Origin: Blastocatellia bacterium | GTDB taxonomy: Bacteria; Acidobacteriota; Blastocatellia; UBA7656 | NCBI GenBank assembly: GCA_035558335.1 | Contig: DATMCM010000680.1 | Location: forward strand, 1-24,000 | DNA: 24,000 bases | Reading direction: 5' to 3' | Shown: in pieces, positions 1-8,080 of the stretch | Position numbering within the stretch: position 1 is the stretch's first letter | Layout: every line of letters starts with the position of its first letter | Program-made: the position numbers and the translations under genes | The notes under the pieces: model-generated | Database searches by the model: none | Seen by the model: only the letters and a program-made list of their open reading frames with translations | What the model was told of the DNA's origin: nothing

Positions 1-2357
1 TCCGAGCCACCGGTCGAGCCGACGCTGTCGGCGTCTTCGTAGTTCTGCCATTTGCCGGTTCCGGTTTCGTAGCTCGCGACTGATTCCGGCCTGCCATCCA
101 ACGCTAAGCCCGCTGCGTCGTTTGCCGAAACCAGCAGTCGCCATGCCGAGGTCAAATCCTCGTCCTGAGTTATCACCGTCTCGCCGATCCAGGTGTCATT
201 TTGATATATGGTTTTCTGCCAACCCTCGCTCGGGCCGACCGCAACCAGCACCAGCTCGTCGTGATTCGCGCCGCGACCCAGCGTCACCCTCGGCGGCAAC
301 GAACTGCTCATTGGCTTTGAAAACTGCAATTGTAGTTGCACTGGACCCGGCTCGATGCCTGGAAACCGAGTGTCGATCACCAATTGGCGCGCCGCGCTTG
401 AAGAGTCAGTAGGCTGTGTCCACCGTGCTGAATAGACCAGTTTCGAGAACGTTCCGTCGCCAACAAAACTGTACGCCTTTACCGATTCGAGAATAGGAGG
501 ACCCGCGGTCCATCGAAGCACACCTAGCGCACCCGCCCAGTTCTCCCTGTTTACTACTTGAATCTCGCTTTCCGGTACCGTGAAATCGCAGCAGCTCGGC
601 CGCATCTCGACGACGAAGGGGGCCGGCACCCGGTTGGTACCGTACGCGTAATCGGTCGAAGAGCCGGTAGTCGCGTACAGATCAATAGCCTGTTCCGGAT
701 GGTAGACTTGATTGGCTATAGCGCGCATGTCGGCGGACATTTGCTGAGCGAGGGACGAAAGCGTCGACGCATCAGGCGTTTCCAACTCCTGATAGCCCCA
801 GGGATAGAGGATGAGCTGGGAATAGTTGTGGTAGTCGAGTTGCGCTCTAAAATGGTGATTGGGGTCGTCCATCAAGCTCTTGATCGCCTTGACCTCGGGT
901 TCGCTCGCAGCAGACGGGCCCCGATAGATTTCGTTCTCCGGGTCGTCGCTTGCACCTATGTCATCGTCGATACACCGCTTGCCTCCAGTGCAGTAGTCCG
1001 GGCACGCATCGTCTCCCTGAATTCGCCATTGATACGGGTAGTTCCGATTCAAGTCCACGCCAACGGACGACAAACAATTGCCAAAACTAAACGTCCGCCT
1101 GTTCTTGCGCCAAAGCCTCACCCCATCAAGGCTGTCGTTGGGCGAGCGCTGACTGTAGGTCAGCCCGTCGGGGTTCACAATCGGAACAATCCAAATCTGG
1201 AGATGGTCGGCAAGATATCTGATTTGATCGTCCGTGGCGTAGCGGTTGATCAACTGGTTCGCGAAATAGACCGGCGCCTCAACGGATATCCACTCTCGCG
1301 CATGATGACAACCAGTGATGAGAGCGTCCGGCTTGCTGGCGTCATCAAGCGCCGCACCGCGAGTTATCTTGAGCGCGAAAATCTCTCTTCCCTCGAAGCT
1401 TGTACCCAGCGTCACATATTGGGCGAGATCCGGGTGCGAGTCGGCTAACGCTCTGAACTCGGTCCGAGTCTCTTCGTAGCTATGGAAGCTGCCTTCTGCA
1501 AGCGTCGTCTGAACCGAACCGGTCGAGCTCGCCGTCCGCCGTCCCGCGTCAAAGCTCTTACCTGGAAAGAACCGACCAGCCGCGTCGGCGAATTCGTTCG
1601 GCCTGAAGAAGCCAGCGAGCTTGAACCCCCGGCTGGTGTACTTGTCTTTAATGTGCGAGCTGATTGATTCGGCGGAGCCGTCCGAGTTGAACACATCCAG
1701 ATAAGCAACCAGGGAGCCGTCGGTCATCAAGATGTTCTCGCGGTCACCAAGCCATCCGGCGCGCCCAGGGCCCGGCTGGCGATCTGCAACATCTACGACG
1801 GCAATGCGCACCTGTGATTGTGCCGCTGATGCCGACTGGTAGTCGGGCGTGATCGCGCTCGCCAGATCGTCGCCTTGTGCGCGAGCTTTTTGCCATTCCA
1901 CGATTGAATCGTAAATGACATCTACGCTAATGCCGGCGCTTCGCAGCCGATCGATTTGGCGGGGCGAAGCCGCTGCGAAGGTTTCGTCACCTTTCGACGA
2001 CCAGACCGAAAGCTGCAGACCCAGTTCGCTTGCGAGCCGCGACAGGCTTCCAGCCTCGGCTCCAATCCGCGCGATTTGCGGGACCAGTTCGTTGCGAACG
2101 AGCTTCGATTGCACCAGCCGATACTCGCTCCACGCACGCAATCGGAGTTGTGGGTTGGGATTGGCCAGAGCTGCGTTCCAGAGATCGAGTTCTCCGTTGT
2201 CCGCCAGCCTGACAAGAGCCGAAAGCGCTTTGCTGAATTCGTCACCGCGGGAAGAAGCCAGCCCCAACTTTAGCTGTTCCTGCGTCTCGTGTGATGAACG
2301 AGCGGATGCCAGCGAGGATAACGCCACGCTGGCGATAAGCAGAGCGAGCGGGGCCAT
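1..2357 (-). CDS. Secreted M14-family zinc metallocarboxypeptidase (3' end runs off the window start)
   Basis: Absent from the ORF track because no stop codon lies inside the window. My own minus-strand translation from ATG 2357..2355 stays open to position 1. The N-terminus MAPLALLIASVALSSLASA is signal-peptide-like. M14 hallmarks read directly: GCHHAREWIS (HxxE zinc ligands, approx 1283-1312), IVNPDG, WRKNRR, VDLNRNY, YHNYSQLILYPWGY (approx 797-845). The plus-strand ORFs 558-1448 and 1915-2427 are Arg/Ser-rich shadow ORFs. Confidence 0.85.
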   Translation of the reverse strand, partial: MAPLALLIASVALSSLASARSSHETQEQLKLGLASSRGDEFSKALSALVRLADNGELDLWNAALANPNPQLRLRAWSEYRLVQSKLVRNELVPQIARIGAEAGSLSRLASELGLQLSVWSSKGDETFAAASPRQIDRLRSAGISVDVIYDSIVEWQKARAQGDDLASAITPDYQSASAAQSQVRIAVVDVADRQPGPGRAGWLGDRENILMTDGSLVAYLDVFNSDGSAESISSHIKDKYTSRGFKLAGFFRPNEFADAAGRFFPGKSFDAGRRTASSTGSVQTTLAEGSFHSYEETRTEFRALADSHPDLAQYVTLGTSFEGREIFALKITRGAALDDASKPDALITGCHHAREWISVEAPVYFANQLINRYATDDQIRYLADHLQIWIVPIVNPDGLTYSQRSPNDSLDGVRLWRKNRRTFSFGNCLSSVGVDLNRNYPYQWRIQGDDACPDYCTGGKRCIDDDIGASDDPENEIYRGPSAASEPEVKAIKSLMDDPNHHFRAQLDYHNYSQLILYPWGYQELETPDASTLSSLAQQMSADMRAIANQVYHPEQAIDLYATTGSSTDYAYGTNRVPAPFVVEMRPSCCDFTVPESEIQVVNRENWAGALGVLRWTAGPPILESVKAYSFVGDGTFSKLVYSARWTQPTDSSSAARQLVIDTRFPGIEPGPVQLQLQFSKPMSSSLPPRVTLGRGANHDELVLVAVGPSEGWQKTIYQNDTWIGETVITQDEDLTSAWRLLVSANDAAGLALDGRPESVASYETGTGKWQNYEDADSVGSTGGS

Positions 2358-2572
2358 GATCGCGATCGCAGTTGCCGGGTTGCGCGACGCCCCCTTCCTC
2401 GTCTTGTTCTTCCTGGTCAGCATCTGAGAGAACCGATCACGCCGCCTACCCGGATCGGGTTGCGGCAGAGCAAACTCGGATGGTCAACGGGGCTGATGGG
2501 GAGCTTACGACGTCAGATGCGGGCTCGCGGGAAACCACGAAGTCTCCAGCAAAGCTCGGGAAATCGAGTCTT

Positions 2573-3835
2573 CTAGGGTTTCTTTCCGCGCTTGGCTGGC
2601 TTCTCCGCTTCTACCTTGTACGCATTCTTCACGCCCTCAAGCGCTTCTTTCACAATGGGTACGCGCTTGTCGGTCGGGGGAGCCTTGGCGACGAAGTCGG
2701 CTAGGGTATTGGCGCCCTCTTGAATCTGCGCTTTCTCGGTCGAGGCGATCAGTGTGAGCCCGAGCCCGTACAACGCATCAATATTTGCCGGATCGACAGC
2801 CAGCACCGCTTTGTAAGCTGCTATGGCCTCATCAGTTCTACCCGCGCCGAAGTACAGGTCACCCTTTTGCACTCCCCACTTGTTCTTGTTCGCGGCGTCC
2901 AGCGATGCGGCCGTATCGTACGACTTGACCGTAGGGTTCACGAGGTCGGCGGCCCCGAAGTACTGAACCAGCAGATTCGCGTTCTTCGCGAGAATATTGT
3001 AGTAGATCACGATGTCGTTGCTGAGGTTTGGATTGTTTTGAGGAGTATCAGTCGAAGCAGCAGCTATCGCCCGGTTTGCTGCTTCGACGGCTTTTACAAA
3101 GTGAGGCTTGGCCTCGTCGCGCTTCTTCTGATTGAACAACTCCACACCAATTTGGTAATGAGATTCCGCGAGGTTGGCAGCTGCCCGGTAAGAAAGCAGC
3201 AGCATTGCCGCGTGCTTTCCGGGGTCTACGGTCGAGGCCTGTTCAAATTCGCTGAGCGCGGCCTGGTAGTTTGGAGGGGTTGCTTTTGTTAGCTCGATGC
3301 CGGCGTTGTAGTGAGTTCTGGCTGAGTCGAAGCTAGCTTGCAGCTCCTCGCCTTCTTTCTTTTTCTGCTCGTATTCCTTCTGCGAGACTTCGGCCTTGGC
3401 TCGGTCCGCCGCAGAGAGTGTTGGAGCTGCGGGTTTTGCTCCCCCGGCTTTCTGCGCGGCCAGAATTTGATCGAGTGTTAAAGTCGAGCCGTCACCTGCC
3501 TCGACATCGAAGTTCACTACCGGCATCGTGGTTATTCGAATGCCGGATTGATAGGCCGGTGCGATGTTTGGTCCAGACGCTACAAAAATAAAAGTGCCCT
3601 GGAGGGGGAGGCCGAGCATCACGAAATGTCCAACCTTGTCGGCCTTCAAGTTCCAACGACCCTTGATGTCAGTGCGATAGATATCAATGACCGCGTTGGG
3701 CACCCCCTTCTTCACGCCGTTCTCAGTAATTCTGACTGTCCCCTCGACGCTGCCCGTCTGAGCGCATACGGTTATCGCTAGAAGAAGAGCGAATCCTACG
3801 GGGGCGACGGCTCGTCTTAGGATTGAGCTGAACAT
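2573..3835 (-). CDS. Secreted protein with an N-terminal carboxypeptidase-regulatory-like (CarboxypepD_reg) beta-sandwich, a Lys/Glu-rich linker and TPR-like repeats
   Basis: ORF 2573-3892. I prefer the internal ATG at 3835, preceded by AGGAGG (3846-3841) with a 5-nt spacer. It gives MFSSILRRAVAPVGFALLLAITVCAQ, a signal peptide. GSVEGTVRI...GVPNAVIDIY...DKVGHFVMLGLPLGTF fits the CarboxypepD_reg pattern. The A/Y/L-rich helical repeats (ALSEFEQAS..., HYQIGVELF..., AIAAYKAVLAVDPANIDALYGLGL) are TPR-like. Confidence 0.8.
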   Translation of the reverse strand: MFSSILRRAVAPVGFALLLAITVCAQTGSVEGTVRITENGVKKGVPNAVIDIYRTDIKGRWNLKADKVGHFVMLGLPLQGTFIFVASGPNIAPAYQSGIRITTMPVVNFDVEAGDGSTLTLDQILAAQKAGGAKPAAPTLSAADRAKAEVSQKEYEQKKKEGEELQASFDSARTHYNAGIELTKATPPNYQAALSEFEQASTVDPGKHAAMLLLSYRAAANLAESHYQIGVELFNQKKRDEAKPHFVKAVEAANRAIAAASTDTPQNNPNLSNDIVIYYNILAKNANLLVQYFGAADLVNPTVKSYDTAASLDAANKNKWGVQKGDLYFGAGRTDEAIAAYKAVLAVDPANIDALYGLGLTLIASTEKAQIQEGANTLADFVAKAPPTDKRVPIVKEALEGVKNAYKVEAEKPAKRGKKP

Positions 3836-4083
3836 TGGTTCCTCCTGGACTCTTCGAGCTGGACTCTTCGAGGAGCACCTCGAACCTATCATTCGGATGC
3901 TGCCTCAAGCGCACCGGTTCGCACAAATACCCTGATTTCATGCTTAGCGATGCTTGGGCTGACTCTCAAATTCACTGCGTATTCCAAGTCTATATCAGCC
4001 ACTTTAGCAGTGTCAACGCACGGTAAGCTCGCAGCGCGGAGCGAACTTTCATTGACAGGACATAACCGATTGAGACAGAGTTA

Positions 4084-4191
<108 letters not shown>

Positions 4192-4668
4192 TCACTCTTC
4201 TTTCTCCTCAGTCCGCCATTCCACCTCACAGCTCGCCTCAGTGTTAAGAAGAAATCCTTGCCGTCATGACCGCGCGGGTCAGATTGTGGTTGTATAAGTC
4301 GCGTCTTATCCACTATTATGCCTGATCGTATTTGTAATCGATCTGCAGGGCTCTGGACTAGGGGAAGGCGCGGGTCGGGTCAAAGTGGCCACGCTGGAAG
4401 GCGAAGTGCCCGCGCTGAGTCATAAAGCCGCAATCACCGCTCTCGGTCGTCTCGGCTCTGTGTCAAAAGCTGAAATGAGGCCTTGATCGGGAATCGCTCT
4501 CAAAGACCCTTCAGGGAGCTATGTGTAGGAATAGTTTGGGTTGAGAGCGGGATGGGTGTCTGGCTCGAACGGGGAATATTAATTGCTCTAATGGTTCGTA
4601 CGCCCTAGTTTTGGTGCTTTACCGGCCTCAACCGAATCGGGCTGCTTCAAATTTTCTCTCTTAAACTT

Positions 4669-5694
4669 ATGAAGCTCTCCAGCAAGCTGAGAATTTACTC
4701 GCGCGAGCTTGCCTTTATGGCAAAGGGGTTACGGTCAACCGACCACCCCATTTTGGCCCACATCATACCGATTCGGCGGTGCAATTTGGCTTGCGCTTAC
4801 TGCAATGAATACGACGACTATTCGAAGCCGGTGCCGCTCGAAGTCATGTTCCGGCGATTGGATAAGCTGGCTGATCTGGGAACGACTGCAATCATCATTA
4901 GCGGCGGCGAACCGCTGATGCATCCGGAGATCGAAGCGATCATCAAGAAGATTCGACAGCGCGGGATGCTCGCGTGTCTCATAACGAACGGATACCTGCT
5001 GACTCAGGAGAAGATCTTAAAGCTCAACAAGGCGGGTCTGGAGTACATGCAGATCAGCATCGACAACGTACAGCCGGACGATGTCTCCAAGAAGAGCCTG
5101 AAAGTATTGGACAGGAAGCTTGAGTGGCTTTCACGGCTTGCTGAGTTTCGCGTGAACATTAACTCGGTGATCGGCGGTGGAATCAAAACTCCCGAAGACG
5201 CTTTAACTGTAGGTCGGCGCGCGGTCGAGTTGGGTCTCTCGAGTTCGCTCGGAATCATCCACGATGGACTCGGGACGCTAAAACCCCTCAAGGGTGTTGA
5301 GCGGGACATCTATTTCAAGATGAAGGGTCTGGGCAAGAAGGGACACACCAGGATTAACCGGTTTCAGAAAAACCTGGTTGACGGCAAGCCCAACGATTGG
5401 CGATGCCGCGCTGGAGCTCGTTACCTCTACATCTGCGAAGATGGGCTGGTGCATTACTGCTCGCAGCAACGCGGTTATCCGGCGGTGCCGCTCGAGAGTT
5501 ACACGGTGGAAGACATACGCCGCGAATATCTGACCAAGAAGGCTTGCGCCGACTACTGCACTATCGCGTGCGTTCATCAGGTTGCGACCTTCGACAACTG
5601 GCGCGATCCGCAGACGCTCGGGGTCAAGGGCGCGGTTCAGCGCGAAGCGGTCCAGGCGATTCAGACCCTGTACCAAATCGAACAGACCGAATAA
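4669..5694 (+). CDS. Radical SAM enzyme with a Cys-rich C-terminal (SPASM/twitch-like) region; substrate unknown
   Basis: 341-aa ORF. Canonical CxxxCxxC motif [18 protein letters not shown] (approx 4781-4804), followed by the GGEPL SAM-binding motif ([13 protein letters not shown]). The C-terminus has extra cysteines ([21 protein letters not shown]...[12 protein letters not shown]). No clear SD sequence; an alternative start is at 4717 (MAKGL). Confidence 0.85.
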   Translation: MKLSSKLRIYSRELAFMAKGLRSTDHPILAHIIPIRRCNLACAYCNEYDDYSKPVPLEVMFRRLDKLADLGTTAIIISGGEPLMHPEIEAIIKKIRQRGMLACLITNGYLLTQEKILKLNKAGLEYMQISIDNVQPDDVSKKSLKVLDRKLEWLSRLAEFRVNINSVIGGGIKTPEDALTVGRRAVELGLSSSLGIIHDGLGTLKPLKGVERDIYFKMKGLGKKGHTRINRFQKNLVDGKPNDWRCRAGARYLYICEDGLVHYCSQQRGYPAVPLESYTVEDIRREYLTKKACADYCTIACVHQVATFDNWRDPQTLGVKGAVQREAVQAIQTLYQIEQTE

Positions 5695-5801
5695 CTGCAA
5701 GAGGTGCGACGGCAAGGCTAGCGCACTTCACTTACAAGTGATGGCGAAGCGCGGGGGAACAATTTGAAGCTTCGCAGAAGACGACGAGGAGAGAGAGATA
5801 T

Positions 5802-7886
5802 ATGCATAAGCCAACGAAATATGTGGAGAAGGGATTGGCCGTCGCGGCTAACGTTGCGTGGCACATTTACGAGCCGCTCAATCGCATCAAACAGAATCCG
5901 TCCTTCACGCCAAAGTGGTCGGAAAAGCCGCTGCTAAAGTCCTATCAAAAGACAAAACCGCCGCTGGGCTGGCCTCGCACAACCGATTCGCTGTGTCCAA
6001 AGTGCATCCCTGAAATCCGCCAGCAGATCGTTGACGGCAAACTGCCGCACCAGATCCTGCTCAACGAAAAGATAGGCGAGATTAAGGCCCAGATCATCGA
6101 GCGTGACGGCAAGATCCTGATGGTCAAGGACTGCGAGAAACACGGCCACTTCGAAGATGTTATGTCGATCGATCCGGCGTTCTTCAAGCACCTCGAAGAG
6201 GTGTTCCCCGGCCGCGACATTCGCGCGCACAACGACGAAAAGCTCCATAATCATGGATCAAGCACAGTCAAGCACGGTCGCGGCTCAGTGCTCACCGTAG
6301 ACCTGACCAACCGATGCAACATGATGTGCGACCCGTGTTTCATGGACGCAAATCAGGTCGGGTTCGTACACGAGTTGAGCTGGGAAGACATCAAGACGCT
6401 GTTGGAAAACGCCATCTCGATAAAGCCGCGGCGGCAGATGTCGGTTCAGTTTTCTGGCGGCGAGCCGACGTTGTCGCCGTACTTTCTTGACGCGGTGCGT
6501 TACGCGCGCAAGGTGGGTTACAACAGCGTGCAAGCCGCCACTAACGGAATCGAGTTCGCCAAGAGTCCTGAGTTCTGCATGCAGGCAGCCGAAGCCGGCT
6601 TGCGCTACGCCTATCTCCAGTTCGATGGCATTGGCAACGCCGCGAATGAGCATCGCAAAGTCGGAAACCTGTTCGACGTGAAGCTCCGCGCGATTGAGAA
6701 CCTCCACGGCGCCGGCGTCGAGATTGTGCCGGTGACCACCATAATCAACGGAATTAACAACGAGCAGGTCGGACGCATCATAAAGTTCGCGCTCGACAAC
6801 CCGAAGAAGATCTCGTTCCTGTCGTTCCAGCCCGTTTCATTCACCGGCCGGGACGAGGAGATAACCGACGATCGCCGGAACGCCCAGCGATACACGCTGT
6901 CGCACATGGCGCACGACGTGAAGAATCAGACCGGTCTTGGCGAGCCGAACCGCGACTGGTTCCCGATCTCTTTCATGGGGACTTTCTCGGATTGGGCCGA
7001 CCTCGTCCACGGTCCGGAGGGCGACTGGGGTCAGTTGAACTGCGGCTGCCATCCGAACTGCGGAATCGGAATGGCGCTCATGATCGACAAGGAGACGAAG
7101 GAGTCGGCTCCAGTTACCGCTTTCCTCGACGCTGAGCAGTTCGCCAAAGACCTGATGAAGGTTAATGACGCGGCTCGTGGAAAGAAGCTGTCTTTGTTGG
7201 GCGCCGGGCTGGCGCTCTTACGCAACTATGATCCGTTCATGGCGCCTACGCACTTCCGCATCAAAGATCTGATGATGAAGTTTGACAAATCGTTCGGGGC
7301 GTCGGGCAAGGACTACGGCAAGGTTTCGGGCGAAAGAACCGTCGAAGACATCCAGAAGCGTCGCGCCGATCGATGGAACTTCCTGTTTATCGCCGGAATG
7401 TGGTTCCAGGATCTGTTCAACTACGACTTCCGCCGCACCGAACAATGCATCATTCCATACGCGACTCAGGAAGGGGAGATCTCATTCTGCGCGTACAACA
7501 CCGGTGTAGGCTGGCGCAACATCATCGAAAAGATGCACATGACGGCTACGCTCACCAAGTGGTACGAAGAGAACGGACGGCACGAGATTTTCGCCGGCGG
7601 CAAGAGCGTCGCGCTCAACAGCACGGCTCACTCGCTAAAGCTGGACGAGTCGATCATAACCAACGAGGTTCAGCACGACCTGGACTCGCTTGGAATTGCT
7701 AAGAACGCTCGCGAAGAAAAACAGCGCGCACGCGCGATGAAGCTCAGCGATGCGGAGAACGAGCGCATGGCGAAGCTCTACCGGCAGCATATCCTCAAGG
7801 AGCCGGCAACGCCCGACACGCAAATCGTGCAGCTTCAGCTCAAGAAGGCGAAGCCCGAAAGCGCGCCGGCGGGTTTCGGGGACTAG
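5802..7886 (+). CDS. Large radical SAM protein, Tes/GDGT-MAS-like (class D radical SAM family; candidate membrane-spanning lipid synthase)
   Basis: 694-aa ORF with SD AGGAGAGAG 8-16 nt upstream. N-terminal zinc-ribbon or rubredoxin-like motif SLCPKC...KDCEKHGH embedded in IKAQIIERDGKILMVKDCEKHGHFEDV. Radical SAM motif LTNRCNMMCDPCFMD (approx 6303-6345), GGEPTL, and a C-terminal cluster motif QLNCGCHPNCGIG. The family call rests on my recollection of the MJ0619-type N-terminal architecture. It has not been verified by search. Confidence 0.8.
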   Translation: MHKPTKYVEKGLAVAANVAWHIYEPLNRIKQNPSFTPKWSEKPLLKSYQKTKPPLGWPRTTDSLCPKCIPEIRQQIVDGKLPHQILLNEKIGEIKAQIIERDGKILMVKDCEKHGHFEDVMSIDPAFFKHLEEVFPGRDIRAHNDEKLHNHGSSTVKHGRGSVLTVDLTNRCNMMCDPCFMDANQVGFVHELSWEDIKTLLENAISIKPRRQMSVQFSGGEPTLSPYFLDAVRYARKVGYNSVQAATNGIEFAKSPEFCMQAAEAGLRYAYLQFDGIGNAANEHRKVGNLFDVKLRAIENLHGAGVEIVPVTTIINGINNEQVGRIIKFALDNPKKISFLSFQPVSFTGRDEEITDDRRNAQRYTLSHMAHDVKNQTGLGEPNRDWFPISFMGTFSDWADLVHGPEGDWGQLNCGCHPNCGIGMALMIDKETKESAPVTAFLDAEQFAKDLMKVNDAARGKKLSLLGAGLALLRNYDPFMAPTHFRIKDLMMKFDKSFGASGKDYGKVSGERTVEDIQKRRADRWNFLFIAGMWFQDLFNYDFRRTEQCIIPYATQEGEISFCAYNTGVGWRNIIEKMHMTATLTKWYEENGRHEIFAGGKSVALNSTAHSLKLDESIITNEVQHDLDSLGIAKNAREEKQRARAMKLSDAENERMAKLYRQHILKEPATPDTQIVQLQLKKAKPESAPAGFGD

Positions 7887-7908
7887 TTCCACGAGCATCG
7901 ACCAATCC

Positions 7909-7946
7909 AAGGGCCGTCGCAGCTATAAAGCTTCGACGGCCTTTGC
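7909..7946 (+). terminator. Stem-loop terminator candidate after the radical SAM cassette
   Basis: GGCCGTCG (7912-7919) and CGACGGCC (7934-7941) form a perfect 8-bp stem with a 14-nt loop. It is flanked by A-rich and T-rich bases (aag...ttt), about 25 nt after the stop at 7886. Confidence 0.5.
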
Positions 7947-8080
7947 TAATTGCGCGGTGTACTGGCACCATCTTGTCCGCCTTCGATATACTTGCCGCTC
8001 GGTTCGGAGCTCAAGCTCTCAGGTCATTTGCTCGCCGCATTTCCGTGCCCAAGAACTTCTCTTTTTTGCGAGGTAGAAGC

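Noticed and set aside
558-2427. Plus-strand ORFs 558-1448 (296 aa), 1915-2427 (170 aa) and several smaller ones
   Set aside because: Their products are Arg/Ser/Val-rich and low in complexity, with no motifs. The opposite strand encodes an uninterrupted M14 peptidase with clear catalytic motifs, so these are antisense shadow ORFs typical of GC-rich DNA.
7964-7980. TGGCAC-N5-TGTC upstream of the amidohydrolase gene as a sigma54 promoter
   Set aside because: The -24 half is perfect, but the invariant -12 GC dinucleotide is replaced by TC at the required spacing. It is not credible without experimental support.
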